The translations under genes and the position numbers were made by a program. A stretch of DNA of 64,000 nucleotides from a bacterium (GTDB lineage Bacteria; Patescibacteriota; Patescibacteriia; UBA9570), in NCBI GenBank assembly GCA_030698395.1, contig JAUYKW010000018.1, forward strand, positions 44,726 to 108,725, given 5' to 3'. How positions within the stretch are numbered: the stretch's first letter is position 1; the number at the start of each line of letters is the position of its first letter. A model generated the notes under the pieces. That model had not been told where the DNA came from and did not search any database. It saw nothing but the letters and a program-made list of their open reading frames with translations. Positions 44,579-54,467 of this stretch are shown piece after piece.

Positions 44579-46554
44579 CTATCTGGCGTATTTATTTTTT
44601 TGGTACCGTATATTGTACGGTATTTTTTGTGATTGAATTTGTAGAGCATCCATTGTGTTCGGTTGCCAATTCTCTGTTCATCTACTTTGGTAAATGCTAA
44701 AGGGTATTTATCTAATACCTTGTAAAATTCTTGGAGATCTTTTTGATTATTACTATTATTTAGGATCCAGTAATAATTAATTCCATTTTTACGTAACTTA
44801 TTTGTGAGTAGTTCATTTGGTTTGATGGTGAAATATCTTTGTTGGTAATTTGTGTCGAATGTTCTAATAAGGGCTACAGCGTGATTATTACGAATTTGTA
44901 TATCTGAGGAATAGTATTGAGTTTCATAGAAATGAGCATTACTAGCTATTAAACCATTATTAGATGCATTTTTTAATGAGTCTGTAGCGGTAGGTGCGCC
45001 ATAATCATATCCGTAAGTTGCTAAGGACAACTTGTTATTAAAATAAAAAGGAGCCATTTTTAAACAGAGTAAGGTAATTATTATTAATCCGAGGATGGGG
45101 TATTTCTGTTTGAGTTTTATCTTTGGGAATAATATGACTCCTATTAAGAGAATCACAAAAAGTGCAATAAAAATTATCGGTTTATAAGTTAATAGAGTTG
45201 CAAGAAATGAGGCATTTGCTAGTGCACTACCATATACAAGATCTTTGATATCAAACCAATACAAAATTACAAAAAATATAAATACTGATGAAAATATAAT
45301 TGATTGTCGTTTGGAGAATTTTGTTAGTATTTGGCGAGCGGCGAGAAATGTAAAGTAAATAATACAAACTAATATTGGCAATGTAACTCGGAAACCAATA
45401 ATGCTTTCAGCCTCATGATAATTCAGATAAACGAATACGAGGAGTAATGTCATCATTACAATGTCTGGTCGTATTTTACTATAATGTTTTTTAAAATTGT
45501 TAAATATTCGCTTTGCACTTATCCAAATCCCTAGAGATGTTAAAGGTAAAATAAAAATATTTAAATCTTGCTCGGAAAAATTATAAGAATAAATCAACCA
45601 AAGTTTTTGAAAGAAGTTAGCAGGTGCGCGTTGAATTTGAGATTCAACTAATCCTGTTGGAATTTCTCTTGAGTATTCCGCAATAGCAATTTTAGATTGG
45701 CTTAATTCACTTATTAGTGGAGTATCAGATGGGCTAAGAGAAAGAATTTGATCCAGCACAGAAAAAATAAGTTTGTTGATGAAAATGTATATATCACCAA
45801 ATACAAAACGAAGAAGATTTTCATATAAGCGGGGATATGGCAACATGTTAAAATCTAGTAATAGTATCGTTGCAATAAAAGTAGGGAAGGCAATTATTAA
45901 AGATTCTTTTATGATATATAATATTTTATATGATATTTCTTTATTTATTTTCCAAGAGTCTAGTATAGTAATTGTAAAAATCATTGGAGCAGCCAGCAAC
46001 AAATAGTAATCTTTTATCAACATTAGCAACAATAGGCCAAGACCAATTTGATATGCTTTGGCTTTTTTTGCCAGTAAGTAGACTAGGAAAGTAAATGCAA
46101 AAGTTGCTGGAATGTCTAGCATTAAACGAACCGAGAATATCCAAAAACCTGGAATTAGTAATAAGATAAAAAGAAACCACTTGCGTCTTTCCTTTTTAAT
46201 GTCTAAATGATTAGTAAGTAAATAAAGGGATATTATAAATCCAGCAGCGAAGATAAAAATTGGAATTCTATATTCAGTTAGAGTCTGAGGATTTGTGATT
46301 AGATTGTATAAAAATGCTACAAACGCCACTAAAAATGTATGCTCTGTATTAATGTTATACCAGGAAATTTCTCCATTAAATGCACCTTTGAAAGCGTTAA
46401 CAATGTTTGCATAGATATACTCATCAGGTGTGGGCCATATCCAGTTATTTAAAAGGGCAAGAAATATTAAGGAAAATAATAAAAAAAATATCAAGGTAGA
46501 ATGTTGTTTGAGGAATTTTACTAGTTGTTGTATTATCTTCATTTTATATCTCAC
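44575..46554 (-). CDS. Large polytopic GT-C glycosyltransferase, ArnT/PMT (GT39/GT83)-like
   Basis: 659 aa, about 13 TM segments, with a first-loop motif WPTPDEYIYANIV (DE-x-x-Y type) and a C-terminal soluble domain. Confidence 0.45.
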   Translation of the reverse strand: MRYKMKIIQQLVKFLKQHSTLIFFLLFSLIFLALLNNWIWPTPDEYIYANIVNAFKGAFNGEISWYNINTEHTFLVAFVAFLYNLITNPQTLTEYRIPIFIFAAGFIISLYLLTNHLDIKKERRKWFLFILLLIPGFWIFSVRLMLDIPATFAFTFLVYLLAKKAKAYQIGLGLLLLMLIKDYYLLLAAPMIFTITILDSWKINKEISYKILYIIKESLIIAFPTFIATILLLDFNMLPYPRLYENLLRFVFGDIYIFINKLIFSVLDQILSLSPSDTPLISELSQSKIAIAEYSREIPTGLVESQIQRAPANFFQKLWLIYSYNFSEQDLNIFILPLTSLGIWISAKRIFNNFKKHYSKIRPDIVMMTLLLVFVYLNYHEAESIIGFRVTLPILVCIIYFTFLAARQILTKFSKRQSIIFSSVFIFFVILYWFDIKDLVYGSALANASFLATLLTYKPIIFIALFVILLIGVILFPKIKLKQKYPILGLIIITLLCLKMAPFYFNNKLSLATYGYDYGAPTATDSLKNASNNGLIASNAHFYETQYYSSDIQIRNNHAVALIRTFDTNYQQRYFTIKPNELLTNKLRKNGINYYWILNNSNNQKDLQEFYKVLDKYPLAFTKVDEQRIGNRTQWMLYKFNHKKYRTIYGTKKINTPDS

Positions 46555-46586
46555 TAGAAGCAGGCTTTATTATATAAAAAAGTCTA

Positions 46587-47450
46587 TTATCTCACCAATT
46601 TGAACGGGGATAGAATAGCTACTTTTGTAATTTTTATAGCATGAAATCCAATAAGTAGGACAATATGCTTTATTTTGTAGTATTGGTTGGGACAATTCTT
46701 TAATAAATATTTAATCATATAAATCATATTGCTGTGTGATTTTATATGAAAGGCATCATCAAAAGCTTGTTTGAGAGTTGGGTTTTTTATCCTAGATTCA
46801 ATTCCTGATTTAATCCCAGTATCGTGAGAAACAGCATCATAAGATACCACCATTTTAAAACCAGCCCTTTTTACTTGCAGAAAAAAATCATAATCTGATA
46901 GATAATGGGGAAAGCGTTTATAATCAAAGGCAACTTTAGAAAAAACTTCTATCGGTAGGAGCGTGAATCTGCCTGTCATTACATCAATCTGTCCATCATA
47001 AACACCATTTTCTTGAATTGGTATCAGAGGATATGTTCTGGTTTTCCATTTAGCTACATGCCCGCCACTAATTATTTTTCCCGTGGAATTTTTTATTGCT
47101 GCAGCAACGACAGCTCTATTATACTTCAAGCTAGTTTGATAGCAGATTTCTAAAGCATCTTTTTCTGGAAAGTGATCATTGTTAGCAAACAGAATGAAAT
47201 CTTCCGGTTGAGCTTCTTTTTTTATATACTCAACCCCCATAGCCATGGTTCTTGTCCAGAAAACGTCACCCTTAGTAGATAGTATTTTTACTTTTGGAAA
47301 ATGTTTTTTTATTGCTTCAACCGAACCATCTGTTGAAGCATCATCAACTACCACAATTTCAAAATCTTGCATTGTTTGGCTATAAATTTTTTCTATAAAC
47401 TTGAGCGTAGTGTCTCGACGATTATAAATGGCTGTTAATACATAAATCAT
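46587..47450 (-). CDS. GT2 glycosyltransferase
   Basis: TAIYNRRD and VVVDDASTDGS. 287 aa. Confidence 0.75.
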   Translation of the reverse strand: MIYVLTAIYNRRDTTLKFIEKIYSQTMQDFEIVVVDDASTDGSVEAIKKHFPKVKILSTKGDVFWTRTMAMGVEYIKKEAQPEDFILFANNDHFPEKDALEICYQTSLKYNRAVVAAAIKNSTGKIISGGHVAKWKTRTYPLIPIQENGVYDGQIDVMTGRFTLLPIEVFSKVAFDYKRFPHYLSDYDFFLQVKRAGFKMVVSYDAVSHDTGIKSGIESRIKNPTLKQAFDDAFHIKSHSNMIYMIKYLLKNCPNQYYKIKHIVLLIGFHAIKITKVAILSPFKLVR

Positions 47451-47462
47451 AATTGATACAAT

Positions 47463-48635
47463 CTATTCAGAAAGTTCTAATAAATTATCAGCAAAGGCTT
47501 TGATGGTGAATTTCTGTTGGGAGCGTAGATAGTTACTTTCCAAAATTTTTGTTCGTTCAGTATCATCAAGATTTAAACAGAAAAGTATTTTTTCTATCAT
47601 GGATTGTTGATTTCCTTGCTGAAAGATAAATCTATCATCTCCTACAACTTCAGGGATTGCTCCATTGTTACTTCCAAGAATTAATGTTTTCGTCATCATA
47701 GCTTCAACCAAAACTCTTCCAAATAATTCATAGAAGTCTCTCTTTCCTTTATTAGTAGGCAAAATAAGTAAATCAATTATATTATATAGATATACTAGAC
47801 GATCGTAATCTTGGGCACCTAACATAAAGCAACGTTTTTCTAATTTATGTTCTGTAATGTATTTTTTACATTTCATAATATATTCTTCATTCCCATCACC
47901 AGCCACTACAAATGAAACATGTTCTGGTAAATCAGCTAATGCTTGAATTATATTCAATACTCCTTTTTCAGGAACAACTCGGCCAACAAAGCCGAGAATA
48001 TATTTTTGATCAAAAATAATTTCCTGCTTTAACTTTTTTACGAGTTTTGCACTTGATAAGTTAAGAGGTTTAAATTGAGCGGGGTCACTACTCCAGTAAA
48101 CAGTTTTAACTTTATTGCCGATTGGTAAAGCTTTCTTAATTCTTTCTTCTTGGCCATGGTTACGGGCTACAAATCTATGGGCAAATAACTTATTAAATTT
48201 TAAAAGTATTCTAACAGGCCATGGTAGGTAGCTGGAATCTTCAAAATATTTTGCCTGACTCCAGGTAACAATACGATATCGTTTAAAGAAGAGTAATTTG
48301 TAAAGAACTACAAAGAACGTATCGAATGTAAAGGTTTCATCGGTTACAATTATTATATCTGGATTATGTTGCATGATAGCCAAAGGTAAGGCTGGGAAGT
48401 ATCCAGATAATAGATACGTTTTTTTTCTGAATAATTTTCCCGGAATGTACTCAACATTATTAATCGTTTTACGTTCCAGAAAATATTGTGGCTGATATCC
48501 ATTGGTATATTGCACTTCTTTTGGTAAAACTACTTTTACCTCAAATCCAGGTCGATTTCCTATTTCACTAAAAAAATCTTGAAATTGGTGATTTGCCCCG
48601 TAATGGCTTAAGAATAGAATTTTTGTGATATCCAT
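47463..48635 (-). CDS. GT4 (GT-B fold) glycosyltransferase
   Basis: C-terminal FGRVLVEAMMTKTLILGSNNGAIPEVV. ATG at 48635 (MDITKILFLSH) is preferred over the TTG at 48683. Confidence 0.75.
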   Translation of the reverse strand: MDITKILFLSHYGANHQFQDFFSEIGNRPGFEVKVVLPKEVQYTNGYQPQYFLERKTINNVEYIPGKLFRKKTYLLSGYFPALPLAIMQHNPDIIIVTDETFTFDTFFVVLYKLLFFKRYRIVTWSQAKYFEDSSYLPWPVRILLKFNKLFAHRFVARNHGQEERIKKALPIGNKVKTVYWSSDPAQFKPLNLSSAKLVKKLKQEIIFDQKYILGFVGRVVPEKGVLNIIQALADLPEHVSFVVAGDGNEEYIMKCKKYITEHKLEKRCFMLGAQDYDRLVYLYNIIDLLILPTNKGKRDFYELFGRVLVEAMMTKTLILGSNNGAIPEVVGDDRFIFQQGNQQSMIEKILFCLNLDDTERTKILESNYLRSQQKFTIKAFADNLLELSE

Positions 48636-48784
48636 AAATTGCCTACTATTTTCATTGTAGCTTTGTGTATGGTAACAGAACAATGATATGAGGACAATAT
48701 CATGGATACATTATCATTGCCTTGTCACACAGCTATATTTTCAGTATAATATCGACAACTTTATATAACTCCAAATTCAACTGC

Positions 48785-49573
48785 ATGAGCCTCATTTCGC
48801 ATCTAGCAACAGTTGCAAAGCCAAGTAATGTTTTGGAAAGCATTAAGAGTATCAAGTTATCGTCCCAATATTCGATTAAGGGGGACTATAAACGGATATA
48901 TCTATATCATATTCGAAAAACTGGTGGAACAAGCTTAAACCACATGTTTTTATCTCTAGGTGGTAGAGATGGCAGAGATGTTTATCGAGAGATGATGCAA
49001 AAGCCTAATCATCGAATAATTAGTAGCAATAAGGTATTTGCTGGTTTTAACCACAGTATAATTAAAAGGGGTAATTATTATTATGCTTTTTCTCATGAGC
49101 CAATGCATGAAGTTGTGATTCCTGATAAAACCTTTACTGTTACTTGTGTACGAGATCCCTTAGAAAGAGTTGTGTCTCATTATAAAATGTTGATTGAAAT
49201 GAAACAGGATAATGCAAAACATCCGGGAATGCAAAAACAAAGTAAATGGCTAGGAAATAGTTTTGAAGATTTTTTAAAGAATATTCCAAAAAAGTTTTTA
49301 TTAAATCAGTTATACATGTTTTCAAAGGAATATAGTATAGACGAAGCTACTACTAATATTGTATCTTGTTCACATTTTTTCTTCACAGAAAATTTTTCGC
49401 AAGGTGTTGCTGGGTTATCCGATAAGTTAGGAATTCAACTGCAAGCTCTTCATACTCGTAAGACCCCAAGTAGCATTATGGTTACAGAAAAAGAGCAAGA
49501 TCAGCTACGAGAAATGTTGGAACCTGAATATATTTTATATAAAAAATTATCACAAATAAAAGAATCAGCTTAA
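48785..49573 (+). CDS. Sulfotransferase (Sulfotransfer_2-like)
   Basis: 5'-PSB loop YHIRKTGGTSL and 3'-PB motif VRDPLERVVSHY. ATG at 48785 is preferred over the TTG at 48722. Confidence 0.65.
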   Translation: MSLISHLATVAKPSNVLESIKSIKLSSQYSIKGDYKRIYLYHIRKTGGTSLNHMFLSLGGRDGRDVYREMMQKPNHRIISSNKVFAGFNHSIIKRGNYYYAFSHEPMHEVVIPDKTFTVTCVRDPLERVVSHYKMLIEMKQDNAKHPGMQKQSKWLGNSFEDFLKNIPKKFLLNQLYMFSKEYSIDEATTNIVSCSHFFFTENFSQGVAGLSDKLGIQLQALHTRKTPSSIMVTEKEQDQLREMLEPEYILYKKLSQIKESA

Positions 49574-49575
49574 TT

Positions 49576-50316
49576 ATGAATGTTTTTAATATACCCTCAG
49601 TTATTTGGAAGAGAGTTAATAACAAAGTATATGGTTTACTAGGTAAAGATCCATTAACCAAGGAGAAAATTTATCAAGTTAAGACTGAACGAATCGGTAC
49701 AAATTATGGTGGCTGGGTGATTCCAGCAAATTATCTAACTAAAGATTCAGTTTGTTATTGTGCAGGCGTTGGTGAAGATGTTAGTTTTGATTTGGGTATA
49801 ATTAAAAAATATGTTTGTAAAGTTTATGCTTTTGATCCTACGCCACGCGCGCAAGAATACATAGAGAAAAATGTTGAGCCAGATCCAAATTTTGTTTTTG
49901 TGGACGTTGGTTTATGGGATGAAGACACCACCATGAAGTTTTATTCTCCAAAAAATCCAGATCATGTCTCACATTCGATTGTGAATCTACAGAAAACTGA
50001 TACTTATTTTGAAGCAAAGGTAAAAAGATTATCGACTATTATGAGAGAGTTACAGCATGATAAATTATCTTTATTAAAGTTAGACATTGAAGGTGCTGAG
50101 TATAAAGTGTTAGATTCTTTAGTAGATGATAAGGTTGATATTGATATATTATGTATCGAATTTGATGAGGGGCATACTAAAATGGACAATGATTATAAAT
50201 CTCGAATCAAAGGATCGTTAGAAAAACTTTTTGCCATGGGTTACGTGATGATAGATGTTGATCAGAGTTGTAATTACACCTTGATTAAAGAGAATATGTT
50301 AAGAGAATTGGCTTAG
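49576..50316 (+). CDS. FkbM-family SAM-dependent methyltransferase
   Basis: The hallmark LKLDIEGAEYKVL and a CAGVGEDVSFD nucleotide-binding region. Confidence 0.7.
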   Translation: MNVFNIPSVIWKRVNNKVYGLLGKDPLTKEKIYQVKTERIGTNYGGWVIPANYLTKDSVCYCAGVGEDVSFDLGIIKKYVCKVYAFDPTPRAQEYIEKNVEPDPNFVFVDVGLWDEDTTMKFYSPKNPDHVSHSIVNLQKTDTYFEAKVKRLSTIMRELQHDKLSLLKLDIEGAEYKVLDSLVDDKVDIDILCIEFDEGHTKMDNDYKSRIKGSLEKLFAMGYVMIDVDQSCNYTLIKENMLRELA

Positions 50317-50319
50317 AGC

Positions 50320-51570
50320 ATGAAAGTTGCACAGTTGAGTACAATGGATATCAAAGGAGGTGGCGGTTCTATGGCCGCCTATCGCTTGCATACTGCTTTG
50401 CGTGCTAACAATGTAGATTCTTCACTATTGGTAAAATTCAAATATAGTGATGATAAAAATGTAATCGGTAAACATCCGACTAACGAGTTAGTAAGAAAAA
50501 TTAGTTCGTTCAGTTCATTTATGGATGAAATTCCTGGTAAATTTTCTAACTCGCCTGATACGGTGTATCGTTCGAGTGCATGGTATCCGGATGGTGTGGC
50601 ACGAAAGTTAAAAGAGTTGAATCCTGACGTAATAAATCTACATTGGATTAATGGTGGCTTTGTGCGATTGGAATCTCTTGCTAAGTGGCAAGGGTCAATT
50701 GTATGGACGATGCATGATATGTGGGCATTTTGTGGCACAGAGCATTACACTAGTGATCAACGTTATCAAGAGGGATATTTAAAAACAAATCGACCAGCTG
50801 GAGAATCTGGATTTGATGTAAATCGTTGGACGTGGCAACGAAAACAAAAGGCATGGTCTACACTAACTGATCTAGTTGTAGTAACACCTAGTAAGTGGTT
50901 AGCAAGTTGTGTTCGAAAAAGTGTATTGTTCAAGAATTATCGAATTGAAGTAATTCCAAATAGTGTTAACCAAGAAATTTTTAAACCACAAGAAAAGATT
51001 GTGTTACGAAAGAAACATAATATAAATCCACAGAGTAAACTTATTTTGTTTGGCGCTGGAAATACTGCTAGTCCAAGAAAGGGAGTGGATTTACTAAAAA
51101 AAGCATTAAAAAAATTAAGTGTTAATGCTACACATAATTATATTGAGTTAGTAGTTTTTGGTAAGTATCAGCCAGAGGATTACAGTGATATTAATTTACC
51201 AATTAAGCATTTAGGTCATGTTGCTGGAGAGTCTGAGATTGCAGAAATATATTCTATGGCCGATGTATTTGTTGCTCCGTCCCGCCAAGATAATCTACCA
51301 AATACAATTGTAGAGGCTTTAGCTTGTGGAACACCATGTGTGGCATTTAATATTGGCGGCATGCCAGATATGATTGATCATCAAAATAATGGGTATTTAG
51401 CTAAAGCATTTGATGTGGATGAATTAGCTGCTGGAATTGTTTGGGTATTGGAAGATAAAGAACGATGGCAGAAGCTTTCTAGTCAATCTAGAATTAAGGC
51501 TGAAAATAATTATACATATTCAGAGCAAGCAAAAAAATATAGTGAACTTTATCAAAGCATCACTGTTTAA
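50320..51570 (+). CDS. GT4 (GT-B fold) glycosyltransferase
   Basis: PSRQDNLPNTIVEALACGTPCVAFNIGGMPDMI (E-x7-E region). Confidence 0.8.
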   Translation: MKVAQLSTMDIKGGGGSMAAYRLHTALRANNVDSSLLVKFKYSDDKNVIGKHPTNELVRKISSFSSFMDEIPGKFSNSPDTVYRSSAWYPDGVARKLKELNPDVINLHWINGGFVRLESLAKWQGSIVWTMHDMWAFCGTEHYTSDQRYQEGYLKTNRPAGESGFDVNRWTWQRKQKAWSTLTDLVVVTPSKWLASCVRKSVLFKNYRIEVIPNSVNQEIFKPQEKIVLRKKHNINPQSKLILFGAGNTASPRKGVDLLKKALKKLSVNATHNYIELVVFGKYQPEDYSDINLPIKHLGHVAGESEIAEIYSMADVFVAPSRQDNLPNTIVEALACGTPCVAFNIGGMPDMIDHQNNGYLAKAFDVDELAAGIVWVLEDKERWQKLSSQSRIKAENNYTYSEQAKKYSELYQSITV

Positions 51571-51582
51571 GGAGTTGTCTTT

Positions 51583-52479
51583 TTATTGACCTGCCTTATA
51601 TATAGCGTATCGATCAGCTAACCAATTTTGGGGAGATTGTTTTTTTGGTTGGAGTTTAGCTAGCTCGGATAAGATAGATTCAATATTATATCCAAGGAGG
51701 GATAATTTTTCTGAGTCTAATGAACGTAGATATTTTTTTGCGTACTGTATACGTAAATTTGTATTGAATGTAGTTTTCCATTTTTCTAATGACTTATTCT
51801 GTACCTGTTTTTCTTTAGCTATATAGGGATCTCCCATGGTGCCATGAAGTTTTTCTTTTTGAATATTTTGGATCATATTTGAATTGAATGGTATTTCTAG
51901 ATAGTTACAAATCTTCTCTGTAACTTCGCTTGATTTTTCTACTAACTCTTCATATTTAATTAATATACTTTTTTCTTTCAGCAATTCATATCCATCACTC
52001 AGGAGATGTGGACCTTCATACAGATCTGTATTTGAAGGTTTTACATTTAATTTACCAAAGTTCCATGTTTCAATCACTGAAGCTAATGTTGCCAAAGGAT
52101 TTCTGCCTAAAAAAATAAATTTTGCCTCAGGAAATAATTTTGCTATTTCTGGAATAATAAAATAGTAACGAGGAGTTTTATCAAGAAAATATTTTTCATT
52201 GTCACAAGCTGAACTATATATGTCAGTGACAAATTCTTTTAATGACTTATCATAAGAAAACATTTTTTTTGGAAGTTCTGAAAAAAAATCTTGTAGCGCT
52301 TGACGACAAACTTCCTTATCGTAATCTACTGTTAGATCATTTTGTTTTTTTGGATATAGGAGTGGTAACAATATCCATGGTTCAGATACAGAACAAATTT
52401 CTGGATGAGACATTAATATTTTCTGCAGTAAAGTTGAACCAGAACGAGGTGTGGAAAAGAGGAAGATTAAATTATCCAT
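51583..52479 (-). CDS. Sulfotransferase (Sulfotransfer_1/3-like)
   Basis: 5'-PSB loop STPRSGSTLLQKIL and 3'-PB-like FLGRNPLATLAS. 298 aa. Confidence 0.65.
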   Translation of the reverse strand: MDNLIFLFSTPRSGSTLLQKILMSHPEICSVSEPWILLPLLYPKKQNDLTVDYDKEVCRQALQDFFSELPKKMFSYDKSLKEFVTDIYSSACDNEKYFLDKTPRYYFIIPEIAKLFPEAKFIFLGRNPLATLASVIETWNFGKLNVKPSNTDLYEGPHLLSDGYELLKEKSILIKYEELVEKSSEVTEKICNYLEIPFNSNMIQNIQKEKLHGTMGDPYIAKEKQVQNKSLEKWKTTFNTNLRIQYAKKYLRSLDSEKLSLLGYNIESILSELAKLQPKKQSPQNWLADRYAIYKAGQ

Positions 52480-53491
52480 TTTTTCTAATTAATTTGCTAT
52501 AAGCTAGAGCTAACATATCTTGAAGTTGAGTTTTTTTACAAGAAATTATTCTTCGACGTAAATCATTTGGTATTACTTGCTGAATATCATCTTGCTCATT
52601 TAATTCTTGTATTTCAGCAACATAATCTTTATTTTTTTCGTAGAGTATATCAGCGTATTCTGTTCTATCAGATAGCTTTGGATTATTATGTTCCTCAGGC
52701 CACTTTAAAAGTTGTTCTTGCAATTTAAAATAAAGTTTAACTTTTTCACTAGTTCGTAAACCATTAGTCCCAATTGGATGCCATGGGTGTGCCGTGTATG
52801 TGTCTGTAAGTACAGCTCCTTTGCTGTTAGCGGCCATTTCCAATCTGATACTGACATCTTCTCCAATTTTGGATAGAGAAGTACTCCAAAGAGGATTAGT
52901 GTCATATCCTTCTATTATATCCCAATACTTTCTTGCCGCGGATATCATTGGTCCAAAATTTCGGCGGGGTGGAAATAATTCAGGTTGTCTATATTTTGTT
53001 GGGCAAGTTGCTAGCACAGATGCTAGATCGTTGTTAGCATTTTGCCATTCCTTAAAGGATGCCCCAGCTGGGTATTGAGCCATTCTACGAAACGCATTAA
53101 ATACTTTGTACTTTCCTTGTTGATGATGCTTTGTTAGCACAGTTAGAAAGTCTTTAGGTAGAAGTTGATCTCCATCCATTACTGAAATTATATCGCCTTG
53201 AGATGCCGCTATGCCAGCATTATTACATTTTGATAAGTGATAAGCTTCAGTATTAACATTCTCGTCCAAATAAATTATCTTGATATTCATTTGGTCTTTA
53301 ACTTCTTTATGGCGATCGAACAGCGATTTTAATCCCTTTTTGTGATTATACTTATCGGCAAATTCACGGCTTCTTTGTTCAACATAAATAAGTTCAAAAT
53401 TATTCCTAGGGAAATCTTGATTTAGTAGACCATTAATTAGATGAAAAAAATTACGATAACTCGAGTCCCAACTAATGATAGAGTGTAACAT
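52472..53491 (-). CDS. GT2-like glycosyltransferase (divergent)
   Basis: GT-A-like N-terminus (FELIYVEQRS) and DxD candidate VMDGDQ. 8-nt overlap with the downstream sulfotransferase gene. Confidence 0.45.
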   Translation of the reverse strand: MLHSIISWDSSYRNFFHLINGLLNQDFPRNNFELIYVEQRSREFADKYNHKKGLKSLFDRHKEVKDQMNIKIIYLDENVNTEAYHLSKCNNAGIAASQGDIISVMDGDQLLPKDFLTVLTKHHQQGKYKVFNAFRRMAQYPAGASFKEWQNANNDLASVLATCPTKYRQPELFPPRRNFGPMISAARKYWDIIEGYDTNPLWSTSLSKIGEDVSIRLEMAANSKGAVLTDTYTAHPWHPIGTNGLRTSEKVKLYFKLQEQLLKWPEEHNNPKLSDRTEYADILYEKNKDYVAEIQELNEQDDIQQVIPNDLRRRIISCKKTQLQDMLALAYSKLIRKNG

Positions 53492-53495
53492 ATAG

Positions 53496-54467
53496 TTATT
53501 TTATATCAGTCAACCAAGCTCTTACAAGTTTGATTTCGTCGTTGGATACAAATCCATTTTTATGAAGAGCAGTGTAAACAATTTCTAAGTTTTTCAATAA
53601 ATCTTTACCTAGTTTTATATTTTGAAGTAATTCAATGATTGGTTTAGTGTTTTGATATACTTCAACTTCATCAGCAAAATCTTTCATTAAGTTGTGAGCA
53701 TTTCTTTCTTGGTAAACAGTTGCCTCAGTAAAACCTAAATGCATGCCATGTAGCCACATAATATGTTGTGCCAGATAACCTCTTAGAATATCAGTAAATC
53801 TAAAACTAACAGTTGCGGGGAGATATAATAATGGAAATGCTTTTTTTTGCCAGAAAGTATTTTGCGAATTAAACGGACAGTAACACTTTTTTGGTAAATG
53901 AATACTTTTTTTTCGATCGAATTTGGTAGTGTCGTTAAAGACTAAGCGATAAATGGCATCAACATCTGGATCTGTATCAGCTAAACCTTGCCATGCTCCA
54001 ATACTAGTTAATTTAGAATGTTGTTTTAACTTGCTCTTATTTTTTGTTTGAATGAGGTCTAACGGGTATCCTCGTGGCCAAATTAATTTCTTTGAAAAGT
54101 AATTGTATACATTATAATATTTGTCTTTTGTCTCTATACTTCTTTTGCTAGTAAAATCTGGACACTTCCAATGTTTGTATGGCAGATTGTCGTCATCTGT
54201 ATCATAGATAATATCTGCTCCTTGACGCATTGCATAAATATACCCGATGTTTTTTCTAGTATAGTGGTTATAAGGACTGTAGCGAACAAATTCGTAGCCT
54301 AGTTTTTTTTGATCTTGAACTGAAAGGAAGGTTAAGTTTTTTGAACTTTTAATTTGTGGAGTTTTTTTATCTCCAACAAGAACAACGTGCCAATCTGGAA
54401 TTTTTTCAAAAGCTTTTACCGCTTTAGTTCTGTCGTTAATGCTAGTTATGACTATGAATTTTTTCAT
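53496..54467 (-). CDS. Putative glycosyltransferase, DUF288/STELLO-like
   Basis: The N-terminal pattern KKFIVITSINDRT..WHVVLVGDKKTP and a DTDDDN motif resemble that family. The call is from memory only. Confidence 0.35.
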   Translation of the reverse strand: MKKFIVITSINDRTKAVKAFEKIPDWHVVLVGDKKTPQIKSSKNLTFLSVQDQKKLGYEFVRYSPYNHYTRKNIGYIYAMRQGADIIYDTDDDNLPYKHWKCPDFTSKRSIETKDKYYNVYNYFSKKLIWPRGYPLDLIQTKNKSKLKQHSKLTSIGAWQGLADTDPDVDAIYRLVFNDTTKFDRKKSIHLPKKCYCPFNSQNTFWQKKAFPLLYLPATVSFRFTDILRGYLAQHIMWLHGMHLGFTEATVYQERNAHNLMKDFADEVEVYQNTKPIIELLQNIKLGKDLLKNLEIVYTALHKNGFVSNDEIKLVRAWLTDIK

